The notes beneath the pieces are model-generated. The model saw only the letters and a program-made list of their open reading frames with translations, was not told the DNA's origin and did not search any database. DNA of 58,700 bases from Bacteroidales bacterium (GTDB lineage Bacteria > Bacteroidota > Bacteroidia > Bacteroidales > UBA7960), in the NCBI GenBank assembly GCA_019429055.1, contig JAHYJP010000002.1, positions 1 to 58,700 on the forward strand, given 5' to 3'. A program made the translations under genes and the position numbers. The number at the start of each line of letters is the position of its first letter. The stretch's first letter is position 1. This document shows, piece after piece, positions 40,495 to 50,314 of the stretch.

Positions 40495-41586
40495 TCAGGG
40501 GATCTCCCTGAAAAAGTACATTTCCATAACCGATTTTACAGAACGATCGGCGTAAAATTCTGAAGGGTGAAAAATACGGTAAAATCCCCCGTCTTCAGGA
40601 TTGTCAGGAACAGCAAATATTGGAAAAACCTGATCGGTTCTGTTAAACAATTCGCTGTAGCTGTATATGGCTCTGTAGCCGTCAACCGATGCAAAACAAA
40701 CCAGTCCGTGACGGTTCCAATCAGGATCAAAGGGTTTGAAATCTTCATGCATAACCTTGAGTAATGCCGGCCCTTGGAAATACCGGGCTTCATGATATCC
40801 CATACCCATGCCATAAAAACTGGAATGATAGCGGGTGTAATTTTGCTTTTTTTCATCAGGTAGGATAGTCTGGACATATTCTTCGTCCATCAGAACGGTA
40901 ACTTCAGGGCTATACATGGGCTCATAATCTCTGTCAATAACGTAATCTTTTTTATCGAAAGAATGAACTGTTATTTTTACCGGATTTTCCAGAACCCTGT
41001 ATGCAAAAAGATCATTGGCTGAAACAACTTTCCAGTTTTCACCTATTTCATAATCAACTTCCCTGCGGTAAGGCACAATAGGTGCAGCTTCTGTAGCAAT
41101 GAGTATCTGGTGCGGATTATTGGTGTGAAATATTTCTGACCAGCTAAAAGAAACTGTTTCGCCTTTGTCATTTTCAATTATTACATAAAGATCAATGGCA
41201 GGCCTGAAAATATCCATATTCTTTTTATCCTGGTTAAACGGGTGCAGCAAATCAAACAAAGAATAACCACGATAACGGTAAGCGCCCAAAAAATGGATTC
41301 CGGTTTCCTCATCAAAAAGTGATTCTTTAATCATCACCTCTCTCTTGTAATGGTTGCCTAAATTTACTTTTCCTGGTTTTTTAATCTCTCCGGCAACTTC
41401 AAGTTCTCCGGTATTCATACTTACTTCATCGGTTTGGTGAAAAAGACTGTTGCCATCCTGGGCCATAGGTTTGGAGGCACCACTCAATGCATCTGCAAGG
41501 GTTTCGGGTAGTAAATCGCAGCCCCAAAGAGAAAAACCAATAATAATAACAACAAAAAAACGGGCAATGGAATAGTGTTTTAGCAT
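40495..41586 (-). CDS. Lipoprotein with two tandem molybdopterin-oxidoreductase-like (sulfite oxidase fold-like) domains
   Basis: Start MLKHYS, lipobox LWGC. Repeated pattern YRGYSLFDLL...IENDKGETVSFSWSEIF / FQGPALLKVM...ASVDGYRAIYSYSELF, ending R...P....DRSVK.V. Confidence 0.6.
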   Translation of the reverse strand: MLKHYSIARFFVVIIIGFSLWGCDLLPETLADALSGASKPMAQDGNSLFHQTDEVSMNTGELEVAGEIKKPGKVNLGNHYKREVMIKESLFDEETGIHFLGAYRYRGYSLFDLLHPFNQDKKNMDIFRPAIDLYVIIENDKGETVSFSWSEIFHTNNPHQILIATEAAPIVPYRREVDYEIGENWKVVSANDLFAYRVLENPVKITVHSFDKKDYVIDRDYEPMYSPEVTVLMDEEYVQTILPDEKKQNYTRYHSSFYGMGMGYHEARYFQGPALLKVMHEDFKPFDPDWNRHGLVCFASVDGYRAIYSYSELFNRTDQVFPIFAVPDNPEDGGFYRIFHPSEFYADRSVKSVMEMYFFREIP

Positions 41587-41603
41587 ACTTAAAAAGTTAA
41601 ATC

Positions 41604-41626
41604 CGAAATGTAAAAATTGCATAACG
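41604..41626. promoter_or_regulatory. Putative ModE box 1
   Basis: CGAAATGTA-AAAAT-TGCATAACG, 17 bp upstream of the lipoprotein ATG. Confidence 0.6.
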
Positions 41627-41821
41627 CAAAAGTGCAAATATTTTTCTTCATATTTAACCAGGTATTAATAATTTGAAATGATTATAAATTAATTAAGATG
41701 ATATTCTTTAAAGTATTGTTTTGCAAGTTATTGCGAATTTGGTTCAATGGATAAATAATCCGACTTTTCAAAGTTTCAGAAATTTGTACTAATATTGCGG
41801 CCAAATCAGAATGGTGTAGCT

Positions 41822-42193
41822 ATGATTAAGCCCGAAAAATTAAAACTGAACTATAAGTTCTGGATTGAAACAGAGTCTGGTTTAAGTGTATTGGGCGAAG
41901 GAAAATGGAAATTACTTAAAGCCATTCGTGATACCGGTTCTTTGAAGGCTGCCGTTGAAAAAATGGGGTACACCTATCGTCAGACCTGGCAAAATCTTAA
42001 GAATATTGAAGATAAGCTGGGCTTTAAACTTATTGAAAAAAGCAGGGGAGGCGAAAAGGGTGGCGAAACCGTTCTTACAGCTAAAGGAGAACTTATAGTT
42101 GCTTTCTTTGATAAGCTTTACACCGATGTTGAACCGGGGATAAAAAAATCATTTGAAAGGATGGTTGAAGATTTAAATAAAATTGTTGATTGA
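41822..42193 (+). CDS. modE: ModE-family winged-helix regulator (N-terminal domain only)
   Basis: K.WIE.....VLGEGKWKLLKAI..TGSL..A...MGYTYR..W..L, SRGG.KGG.T.LT; no TOBE domains. Confidence 0.85.
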   Translation: MIKPEKLKLNYKFWIETESGLSVLGEGKWKLLKAIRDTGSLKAAVEKMGYTYRQTWQNLKNIEDKLGFKLIEKSRGGEKGGETVLTAKGELIVAFFDKLYTDVEPGIKKSFERMVEDLNKIVD

Positions 42194-42208
42194 TATTTTT
42201 TTGTTTAC

Positions 42209-42281
42209 CGATATGCAGATTCTGCATAACGAAAATTAAATCCTGTTTTTTTATAAACCGTTATGCAAATATTGCATAATC
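42209..42281. promoter_or_regulatory. Putative ModE boxes 2 and 3
   Basis: CGATATGCA-GATTC-TGCATAACG (42209-42231) and CGTTATGCA-AATAT-TGCATAATC (42259-42281), upstream of the TonB receptor ATG at 42299. Confidence 0.7.
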
Positions 42282-42298
42282 AAAAACTTTTAAAATCT

Positions 42299-44602
42299 AT
42301 GCATAAAATTTTACTGATTATTTGCTTACTGCTTGGAAGTAATTTCCTGTTTGGCCAGCAAACCATCACCGGCAAGGTTGTTTCATCTGAAACCAATGAG
42401 CCGGTATCTGGTGCCGTTGTTAAAGTAAAAGGCACTCAAACAGGAACCACGAGTGCTGTTGATGGTAGCTTTTCTCTTCGTATAGAAGAAAGGGAAAGTA
42501 CCATTCTCGAGATCAGTTTTATTGGATATGAAACCAGGGAAATTAACACAGAAGCGGGTGAAAGACCACTCTCCATTGTCCTTACCCGTGATATAAGGCA
42601 ACTGGGAACTGTAATTGTTACCGCAACGCGTAACCGGCAGAGCAGGTATGATGTACCAGTAGGGGTGGATGTTCTGGAAAAAGAAAAAGTTGAAGCCATT
42701 CCGGCATTGTCAGCAGATGATTATTTGCGTGCCATTTCCGGTATTTCTGTGAGCCGTGGAGCTTCATTTCTGGGATCAGCAACTGTTTCCATGCGGGGGA
42801 TGGGAAGTGAAGCAGGTCGAACCCTTGTAATGATTGATGGTGTGCCGGTAAATAAAACCGATGGCGGGTCGGTAAACTGGAATGCTATCAATGCAGAAAA
42901 TATTGAGCAGATTGAAGTAATGAAAGGCCCCGGATCCAGCATACACGGGGGTAATGCTATGGGTGGGGTAATTAACCTGATTTCACCCACTCCTTCACAA
43001 AATATTGAAGGTTCTTTAAGCCAGAGCTATGGTACATTTGAAACAGCCAACACCCATGCAAATATCGGGGGTCGTAATAACAATCTTTTCTGGGGAATTA
43101 ATGGCCGGTACCGTATGAGTGACGGATATATAACAACACCTGCAGATGAGATAGACGAATTTTCAGTAGCTTCTTTTCTTGAAGAATACCAGGCAGGAGG
43201 AAGGGCCGGTTATTTTTTGAATCCCGATCAGATGCTGGAAGCATCCCTGTCTTATTACCTGGGGCAAAGAGGTACCGGGGCCAGATTTACCGGTTATGGA
43301 TTTGAAAATGATGCCCTGTCTGCTCCCGATGGTGCTTACAATGAATATACGGCGTTAAACGGAAGGCTTTTATACAGGGGCTCATTCCATAATAACAGTC
43401 AGTTAAACATTACCCTTTACGGACAAAGGGAAAATTACCAGAATATTCGTGAAAGTGTGAGAAACGAAATAATTAGTCGTTACGATGTGGAATCGATTCG
43501 TGATGATCTGGGTTTTCTTTCCTCATTTACTTTTCACCCGTTGGCTTCACACAATATAACCACAGGTATAGACCTGCGTCATGGAGCGGTCGATGGTGCC
43601 GATATTTACCTTACTACCACCGATAAAGTTTTTAATCTTGGTAAAATGAACCAGCTGGGAATTTATCTGCAGGATGAAGTAAGGATAGCCCAGTCACCAT
43701 GGAGTGTATTGGCAGGTATACGGTTTGATTATGCCGGTTTTTATGATGGTGCTTTCCTGGTAGAAAATCCCACCAACGAAACAGCATTCTTGCAGGCATA
43801 TACGGGTGACCTGGGTGATGCCAACTTCACCGCATTCAGTCCCAGGTTATCTTTCCAGTATTATATACCCCAAAGTTTCAGGATTTATGCCGGATATAGC
43901 CGCGGTTTCCGTGCTCCTGTGCTTGACGATATGTGTAGAACAGGCCGCATTTCAGGTGGTATGAAGCTGGCCAACCCTGATCTGCAGCCCGAATACCTGG
44001 ATAATTTTGAATTGGGAGGAAATATCTTCCTTGGCAGCCGCATTACGATATCACCCGCAGTCTTCTATGCACTAGGTAAGGATTACCATGCTTACATTGC
44101 AACCGGGGATTCTTTAATCCTTAACAACAGGATGCGACCCATCCGCATAAAAGATAACATTGGCAAAGTAGAAATACTGGGTGCAGAATTGGCCGCACAG
44201 ATTAATATCATGCAAGGTTTCGAGTGGAATTTTTCTTACAGCTATACTGATACAAAAATTGCTGAATACCGAATTTTCGATCCCGGTGAGGATGATAACC
44301 TGGTGGGGAAGCAACTGGTTTATCAGCCTCGTGATATGTTTTATACTGCGTTAACCTGGCAAAATCCCATAGTAAATACCCTGGTTTCTTTCAATTACAA
44401 GGGCGCACAATGGCTCAACGATGTAAATACCGAAGAAATTGAAGCTTTCACATACATCGACCTGCATCTTTGGAGACCTGTGTACCGTGGGTTGTCATTA
44501 GCACTAAAAGTACACAACCTGCTCGACCAGGATTTTGTTGACTCACGCAATATGATTGCCCCGGGCAGAATGATCAATGCTGAATTAAAGTACTCCTTTT
44601 AA
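42299..44602 (+). CDS. TonB-dependent outer membrane receptor (BtuB/CirA-like) with N-terminal carboxypeptidase-regulatory-like domain
   Basis: Signal peptide; ITGKV.....EP..GA.V; VIVTATR; plug motif IEQIEVMKGPGSSIHGGNAMGGVINLI; GFRAP, NPDL.PE, C-terminal PGR....LKYSF. Confidence 0.93.
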   Translation: MHKILLIICLLLGSNFLFGQQTITGKVVSSETNEPVSGAVVKVKGTQTGTTSAVDGSFSLRIEERESTILEISFIGYETREINTEAGERPLSIVLTRDIRQLGTVIVTATRNRQSRYDVPVGVDVLEKEKVEAIPALSADDYLRAISGISVSRGASFLGSATVSMRGMGSEAGRTLVMIDGVPVNKTDGGSVNWNAINAENIEQIEVMKGPGSSIHGGNAMGGVINLISPTPSQNIEGSLSQSYGTFETANTHANIGGRNNNLFWGINGRYRMSDGYITTPADEIDEFSVASFLEEYQAGGRAGYFLNPDQMLEASLSYYLGQRGTGARFTGYGFENDALSAPDGAYNEYTALNGRLLYRGSFHNNSQLNITLYGQRENYQNIRESVRNEIISRYDVESIRDDLGFLSSFTFHPLASHNITTGIDLRHGAVDGADIYLTTTDKVFNLGKMNQLGIYLQDEVRIAQSPWSVLAGIRFDYAGFYDGAFLVENPTNETAFLQAYTGDLGDANFTAFSPRLSFQYYIPQSFRIYAGYSRGFRAPVLDDMCRTGRISGGMKLANPDLQPEYLDNFELGGNIFLGSRITISPAVFYALGKDYHAYIATGDSLILNNRMRPIRIKDNIGKVEILGAELAAQINIMQGFEWNFSYSYTDTKIAEYRIFDPGEDDNLVGKQLVYQPRDMFYTALTWQNPIVNTLVSFNYKGAQWLNDVNTEEIEAFTYIDLHLWRPVYRGLSLALKVHNLLDQDFVDSRNMIAPGRMINAELKYSF

Positions 44603-44657
44603 TACCGTCGTCGTAAATCTCTGAACCGTGCAAAATTTCAATTATTAGCGACGATTC

Positions 44658-44691
44658 AAAGACCGGGTGCTCATACAGGCCCGGTCTTTTT
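44658..44691 (+). terminator. Intrinsic terminator after the TonB receptor
   Basis: AAAGACCGGG...CCCGGTCTTTTT. Confidence 0.75.
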
Positions 44692-44756
44692 CTGTTTTTG
44701 CCATCAGATTGAACTGAGAATATTTTTTTTACTTATATCTTTGAAAGAAAAAAATT

Positions 44757-45713
44757 ATGAGGATCCGAATCATTTCCTTATTGGTAATTTTTATTACTGT
44801 AATTCTAACCGCCTGTAATTTAGGTGGAAAGCGGGATGACTCCCATACCATCCATATCATCCACGCCGGTAGTCTTACCTTGCCGGTTCATGAACTATCC
44901 CGGGCTTTCAGGGAAGAAAACCCTGATGTAAGGATTCTTACCGAAGCCTGGGGCAGTAAAGCGGGTGCCCGCAGGGTAATTGATATCAACACACCGGCCG
45001 ATTTGTTTATGTCGGCCGATTATATGGTAATTGAAAATATGCTGATTCCCGATCATGCAAGCTGGTACCTGCCTTTCGCCACAAACGAGCTTTCTATTGT
45101 ATATACCGAGCGTTCGCGTTACGCAAGTGAAATTAACCGGGATAACTGGATGGATATACTAATGCGGAATGATGTGAAGTATGGCCGCAGCAATCCTGAC
45201 ATGGACCCATGCGGGGTGCGCAGCGTTTTTACCATTAAGCTGGCAGAAAAGAAATTTAACAAACAAGGTTTTGCACAGCAGCTTCTCGAAAAGGATACAG
45301 ATAATATTCGTCCAAAGGAAACAGACCTTATTGCATTACTTGAGCAAAATCATATCGATTATATCTTTCTTTATAAAAGTGTTGCTGTTCAGCACGGACT
45401 TAAATACCTTGAACTACCCGACAGCCTGGCACTGGGAAATTTTGAACTGAATGACTGGTATCGTAAGGTAAGCATTGAAACCCTGGGTACACGCCCTGGT
45501 GAAACCATTACGGAATATGGCGAAGCCATGGTGTATGGGCTTACCATTCCGCATAAATCGGAAAACCGGGAACTGGCAGCAAGGTTTATAAATTTTGTTA
45601 TGCATCCCGACAAGGGACAAGCCATCCTGAAAAGATTAGGGCAGGAATCGGTGGGTAAATTTGACAATCCTTATAAAGATGATATTCCTGAAGAAATTAT
45701 CAGGCCAGATTAG
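44757..45713 (+). CDS. wtpA: Tungstate/molybdate ABC transporter substrate-binding lipoprotein, WtpA type
   Basis: Lipobox LTAC; IHAGSL..P, EA.GS, D...SADY.VI, FATNE, G.S.P..DPCG.RS, RPKE.DL, DY.F.Y.SVA.QH, YG.TIP. Confidence 0.85.
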   Translation: MRIRIISLLVIFITVILTACNLGGKRDDSHTIHIIHAGSLTLPVHELSRAFREENPDVRILTEAWGSKAGARRVIDINTPADLFMSADYMVIENMLIPDHASWYLPFATNELSIVYTERSRYASEINRDNWMDILMRNDVKYGRSNPDMDPCGVRSVFTIKLAEKKFNKQGFAQQLLEKDTDNIRPKETDLIALLEQNHIDYIFLYKSVAVQHGLKYLELPDSLALGNFELNDWYRKVSIETLGTRPGETITEYGEAMVYGLTIPHKSENRELAARFINFVMHPDKGQAILKRLGQESVGKFDNPYKDDIPEEIIRPD

Positions 45714-46029
45714 TTTTCTTATTAATCAGGAAGACACCGGCAAATTGATTTCGGGGAATGGTTCTTCGGGGATACATGCTGTTTACATCATGCCATGGCT
45801 GAAGCCTTGAACCTCGCGGAATTCTTACATCAAACTCAGGGTCGAGAAGCTTTTCTTCAATGGGACTTACTGTGTTTTTGATTTCAAGGGTATCAGCTGA
45901 AGTATGGGTTTCGGATTTTTCGTTTCCGGAATAGGCAGGCTGGGTCAAAAACAGCATTAAGACCATTGGTACAATAGCAAAAACCATCACTGGAAAAGCA
46001 GATATTTTATGGTAAGTCCTTACTGTCAT
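45700..46029 (-). CDS. Hypothetical secreted protein
   Basis: 109-aa ORF with a signal-like N-terminus (..PAYS); overlaps the wtpA end by 14 bp. Confidence 0.45.
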   Translation of the reverse strand: MTVRTYHKISAFPVMVFAIVPMVLMLFLTQPAYSGNEKSETHTSADTLEIKNTVSPIEEKLLDPEFDVRIPRGSRLQPWHDVNSMYPRRTIPRNQFAGVFLINKKTNLA

Positions 46030-46095
46030 CGAAGTATATGTTTCGGAAACAACATTTTTAAAACGCTTTCACAATTAAAAATGTTTTAATGATAC

Positions 46096-46138
46096 AAAAA
46101 AAGAGCCGGTTTCAAAAAAGAAGCCGGCTCTTTTTTTG
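46096..46138. terminator. Bidirectional-type terminator downstream of pullulanase
   Basis: AAAAAAAGAGCCGG...CCGGCTCTTTTTTT. Confidence 0.8.
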
Positions 46139-46153
46139 ATTTAAAAGATAGAT

Positions 46154-48193
46154 TTATACACTTGCCTTATCCACAAGAATCATTATAGATCTGTCGGGAA
46201 TAGTGGTCTTTACATTCTGTACCTGGTTGTACCCATCAACCGTTGATCCGGTTTCTTCAATGGAATATTTGGTGGCTATAATAACCCAGTCGCCTTCAGG
46301 AAGATCAACTTCAACATCATGAGCATTGGCATTGTAAAAAACCAGGATATCTTTCCATTTATCACCATTTGCGTGGTCACCAATGTGAAAACCAACGAGA
46401 AGGGGTTGATGTATATCAAAAAACCTGAGATGCTTTTGAACCATTTCCGCGGTGGGCATGCGGAAAGCAGGGTGATTTAAACGCAAACTGATCATATCTT
46501 TGTAAAAATCGAATACATCACGATAGGTATGCTTGTTGTGCCACACCAGTTGGTTGATAGAATCGGGCAGGTTGTAGCTGTTGTGTTCTCCGAATTTGGT
46601 GCGCACAATCTCTTCACCTGCATGCAGCAAAGGAACTCCCTGCGATGTGAGTACAATAGCGTTGGCAAATTTCTGCATATCCAGCATTTCTTCTTTGGTA
46701 CAATCGATGCAGGTATATTCAACCTTATCCCACAGGCACGGATTGTCATGGCAGGTCACGTAGGTAATGGTTTGCAGCGGATTGGCAGCATAAGGAGCAT
46801 CAGAATAATTTACTGCTGAATAATTAATCTGTGGATGCCGGGTTGATGCAACGACACCAAATTTTATGCTTTCTTCCAATCCGGATTGACCGGCCATAAA
46901 TCCCGGTGCATCGTTGTCCCACCAGGGTCCACGGATGGCATCGCGGATATCATCGCTGAATACTGCAACACCGTTTAAACTTTCTGCATGAACTTTAATG
47001 GCACGGTTATGCTCTGGCAGCGGAGTATCTCCGGCTGTCCAGCCTTCTCCGTAAAGGAAAATGGTGGGATCTATGTCATGGAGTTCTTTCCTGATAAGGT
47101 TCATGGTTTCGATGTCGTGCAATCCCATCAGGTCGAACCGGAAACCATCTATGCGGTATTCCTGCGCCCAGTATTTGACCGATTCTACCATAAACTTGCG
47201 CATCATGGCTTTTTCAGAAGCAGTTTCATTGCCGCAGGATGCACCATCGGAGAAGGTCCCGTCCGGGTTCATGCGGAAATAATACCCCGGAACCAGATTT
47301 TCAAATGCTGAAGTCTGGGCGTTGTACATATGGTTGTAAACCACGTCCATAATCACACGAATGCCATGATTGTGAAGTGATTGAACCATTTTTTTAAATT
47401 CCCGGATACGGACGTTTCCGTCAAAAGGATCGGTGGAGTAAGATCCCTGTGGAACATTGTAATTTTTCGGATCGTATCCCCAGTTGAACTGAGGTTCATC
47501 CAGACGGGTTTCGTCGATGGTATAAAAGTCGTAAACCGGCAGAAGGTGCACGTGGCTAATGCCCAGTTCCACAAGGTGGTCAATTCCTGTTTTATGTCCT
47601 TCGGGGCTGCTTGTACCGGTTTCGGTGAAAGCAAGATATTTCCCCCGGTTTTTAATTCCTGAACTTGGATGGATTGAAAAATCCCGCATATGAATTTCCC
47701 ATATCACCATATCAGCAAAGCTGCTCAACTCAGGTCTATCGTCTATTTCCCAGCCTTCGGGGTTGGTGGATGCCAGGTCAACGATCATGCCCCGGTTTCC
47801 GTTAACACCTACTGCGCGGGCATAGGGATCGGGGACTTCCAACTTAAGTTCACCGTCGATCTGTGCCTGATAAGTATAGTATTTATCTTTCCAGTCGCCT
47901 TCCAGTTCAAGGAGCCAGGTTCCGTTTACATCCTTTTCCATTTGCAGGGTTTCCAGTACATTGCCTTCATGTCCCTGATCATAAATTTTAACTGTAATAG
48001 CTTCGGCGGAAGGAGCCCATACCCTGAAGGTGGTTTTTTCCGGCGAATAGTATACACCCAGGTCATCTCCGTGATAAACGGGATAACCATCGGTAAGTTC
48101 TTGTTTGCCTGTAATCTGGCAACTAACTATCGTCATCGTAATAACCGCGATTAAAGTGAATAAATTGATTTTTCTTTGAAGCATTGCTGTCAT
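46154..48193 (-). CDS. pulA: Type I pullulanase (GH13), lipoprotein
   Basis: FRVWAP, FNWGYDP, VIMDVVYNH, DGFRFDLMG, YGEGW, YVTCHDN, SQGVP; lipobox IVSC. Confidence 0.93.
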   Translation of the reverse strand: MTAMLQRKINLFTLIAVITMTIVSCQITGKQELTDGYPVYHGDDLGVYYSPEKTTFRVWAPSAEAITVKIYDQGHEGNVLETLQMEKDVNGTWLLELEGDWKDKYYTYQAQIDGELKLEVPDPYARAVGVNGNRGMIVDLASTNPEGWEIDDRPELSSFADMVIWEIHMRDFSIHPSSGIKNRGKYLAFTETGTSSPEGHKTGIDHLVELGISHVHLLPVYDFYTIDETRLDEPQFNWGYDPKNYNVPQGSYSTDPFDGNVRIREFKKMVQSLHNHGIRVIMDVVYNHMYNAQTSAFENLVPGYYFRMNPDGTFSDGASCGNETASEKAMMRKFMVESVKYWAQEYRIDGFRFDLMGLHDIETMNLIRKELHDIDPTIFLYGEGWTAGDTPLPEHNRAIKVHAESLNGVAVFSDDIRDAIRGPWWDNDAPGFMAGQSGLEESIKFGVVASTRHPQINYSAVNYSDAPYAANPLQTITYVTCHDNPCLWDKVEYTCIDCTKEEMLDMQKFANAIVLTSQGVPLLHAGEEIVRTKFGEHNSYNLPDSINQLVWHNKHTYRDVFDFYKDMISLRLNHPAFRMPTAEMVQKHLRFFDIHQPLLVGFHIGDHANGDKWKDILVFYNANAHDVEVDLPEGDWVIIATKYSIEETGSTVDGYNQVQNVKTTIPDRSIMILVDKASV

Positions 48194-48301
48194 GATTAAT
48201 GATTTGAAGGCCGTAAAGATAGTTTTAAATTTTTATTTTTTGATGAAGGCATCTTTGAGGCGCTTTTAAGAGAGAAAGAGATTACCCAAAATGTGCTTTT
48301 G

Positions 48302-48369
48302 GGTCGTTGAGCCTGTCGAAACGACTGCTGATCAACAGACACATATCCGCTTCGACAGGCTCATCGTCC
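48302..48369. repeat. REP-like inverted repeat
   Basis: GGTCGTTGAGCCTGTCGAA ... TTCGACAGGCTCATCGTCC. Confidence 0.75.
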
Positions 48370-48413
48370 GGTCAACACTTTTCAGTAAATCTCTTCGTAT
48401 TATAACAAAATGT

Positions 48414-50006
48414 CTAGTTAATATATATTCCTTCACCCACTCCTATGGGCAAATTCAGTCCGTACCATACAAATAACAGAACCACCCACATAATGAACAA
48501 AATCACTGCATAGGGTATCAGCAGGGAAACAACGGTGCCAATTCCCACCCGTTTATCATATTTATTAATCCAGCCGAGCAGCAGCGGGAAATAAACATAA
48601 AGCGGTGTAACACAATTGGTAATGGAATCTCCTACACGGTACATCAGCTGAACAAAAGCCGGACTGTAGTTTAGCTGTGCCAGCATGGGAACAAATATGG
48701 GTGCAAAAATGGCCCACTTGGCCGATCCGCTTCCCAGGAATATATTGAGCAGGGCCACAATGATCATGTAAAGTGTAAATAATACCGGTCCGGTTAATCC
48801 TGTAGTACGTAAAAATTCTGCACCATTGATGGCTAGTATCTTATCAAGGTTCGACCAGGTAAAAAGCTCAATAAACTGTGCAACAATAAGCATCAGAACA
48901 ATATATCCTGATAACCCTTTCATACCAAACTCCATATGCTTCAGAAGGTCATTGGCCTGGGTAATGGTTCCGGTAGCCCTGCCATAGAAATAACCGGGGA
49001 TGGCAAAGAAAAAGAATAATATAGGCACCAATCCGCGCAGAAACGGAGACGGTACAACAAAACCTGTATCAGGATCGCGTAACGGACCCCAGGAAGGAGC
49101 AACCAGGATTACAATCAAAATGGTATAAATTAAAAGGGCAATACCCGCATGTTTGAGTCCTTTTCTTTCTTCATCAGTCATCCCTTTGTTTTGTTCAAGC
49201 TCTTTTTCATCCAGCATATCGGCACCGGCAAATGCCTGGCAGCGGGGGATGGTAAACCTTTTTACGATGAAAGCACCTCCAAAACCAAGTACAAAGGTTG
49301 AAACAATCATGAAATACCAGTTGGCAGTGGCACTCACTTCAATACCCCCGTTAATTCCGGATGCCACCTGTGTGGTGATACCTGCCAGCATAACATCAGT
49401 ACCTGCAATAAAGAAGTTGGCTGTAAAACCCGCTGTGGCACCTGCATAACCGGCAATAAGTCCCGCAATGGGGTGCAATCCCATCTTGGAAAAGATAAGT
49501 GCTGCAATGGGTGGTACAATAACAATTCCCGCATCAGAACCAATATTTCCGCAGGCACCTATGATGAATATCACAGGTAATACGATTTGTTTGGGAACAG
49601 CAAATGCCACGTTTCTTAACGCTACTGCAAGCAATCCGCTTTGTTCGGCAATGGAAACACCCATAATCATAACCAGCACCAGTCCGAAAGGGGCAAAATG
49701 CGCAAAGTTGGTTACCATTTCCTGCACAAACCAGCGCAGACCTTCACCGGAAACCAGGTTTCTTGCAAATATGCTTTCACCGCGACCCGGATCCACAGCA
49801 CTCAGGTTAAAGTAACTTGTTATGGCACTCAGTACAATGATTATTACGCATATCCACACGAACATCCAGAATGGGTGGGGGAGTTTATTTCCCATACGTT
49901 CTACCCAACCCAGGAATCCTTTTGCAGGCGCGGGCTGCTGGTCGGTTTGACCGGCTGAAGCGTCGTTCACCGGATTGTTTTTATTGTTCTCGGTATTTTT
50001 TGACAT
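48414..50006 (-). CDS. abgT: AbgT family transporter (p-aminobenzoyl-glutamate / YdaH-MtrF family)
   Basis: ER.GNKLPHPF, NFA.FAP.G.VLV, G.HP.AG, GFTAN, ANWYF, SAKWA, YRVGDS.TN; start placed at MSKNTE. Confidence 0.92.
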   Translation of the reverse strand: MSKNTENNKNNPVNDASAGQTDQQPAPAKGFLGWVERMGNKLPHPFWMFVWICVIIIVLSAITSYFNLSAVDPGRGESIFARNLVSGEGLRWFVQEMVTNFAHFAPFGLVLVMIMGVSIAEQSGLLAVALRNVAFAVPKQIVLPVIFIIGACGNIGSDAGIVIVPPIAALIFSKMGLHPIAGLIAGYAGATAGFTANFFIAGTDVMLAGITTQVASGINGGIEVSATANWYFMIVSTFVLGFGGAFIVKRFTIPRCQAFAGADMLDEKELEQNKGMTDEERKGLKHAGIALLIYTILIVILVAPSWGPLRDPDTGFVVPSPFLRGLVPILFFFFAIPGYFYGRATGTITQANDLLKHMEFGMKGLSGYIVLMLIVAQFIELFTWSNLDKILAINGAEFLRTTGLTGPVLFTLYMIIVALLNIFLGSGSAKWAIFAPIFVPMLAQLNYSPAFVQLMYRVGDSITNCVTPLYVYFPLLLGWINKYDKRVGIGTVVSLLIPYAVILFIMWVVLLFVWYGLNLPIGVGEGIYIN

Positions 50007-50314
50007 AGTAGGCTTTTTTTTGATTGGCTGCGCAAAAATGAAGTTTTTTTTTGGTATTTCCAACAACCCTGAAATAAATCGTGCGGTTTTAATGACATTA
50101 AAAAATAATTCATGTTTCATGATCCAATTTTACTCTTTCTAATGTAATATATTGTAATAGCTGAAAAAATTCTCTCATCATCATAATGTTTAATTATCAT
50201 CCCTGGGTCATATAATCATAGATGAAAATATAAATTAATGCGATTTGACTGGGATAATTCATAAATTAATCGTAAATTAGTTTTAAAAGAACGTTTAAAC
50301 CAAATTATTTTGTT

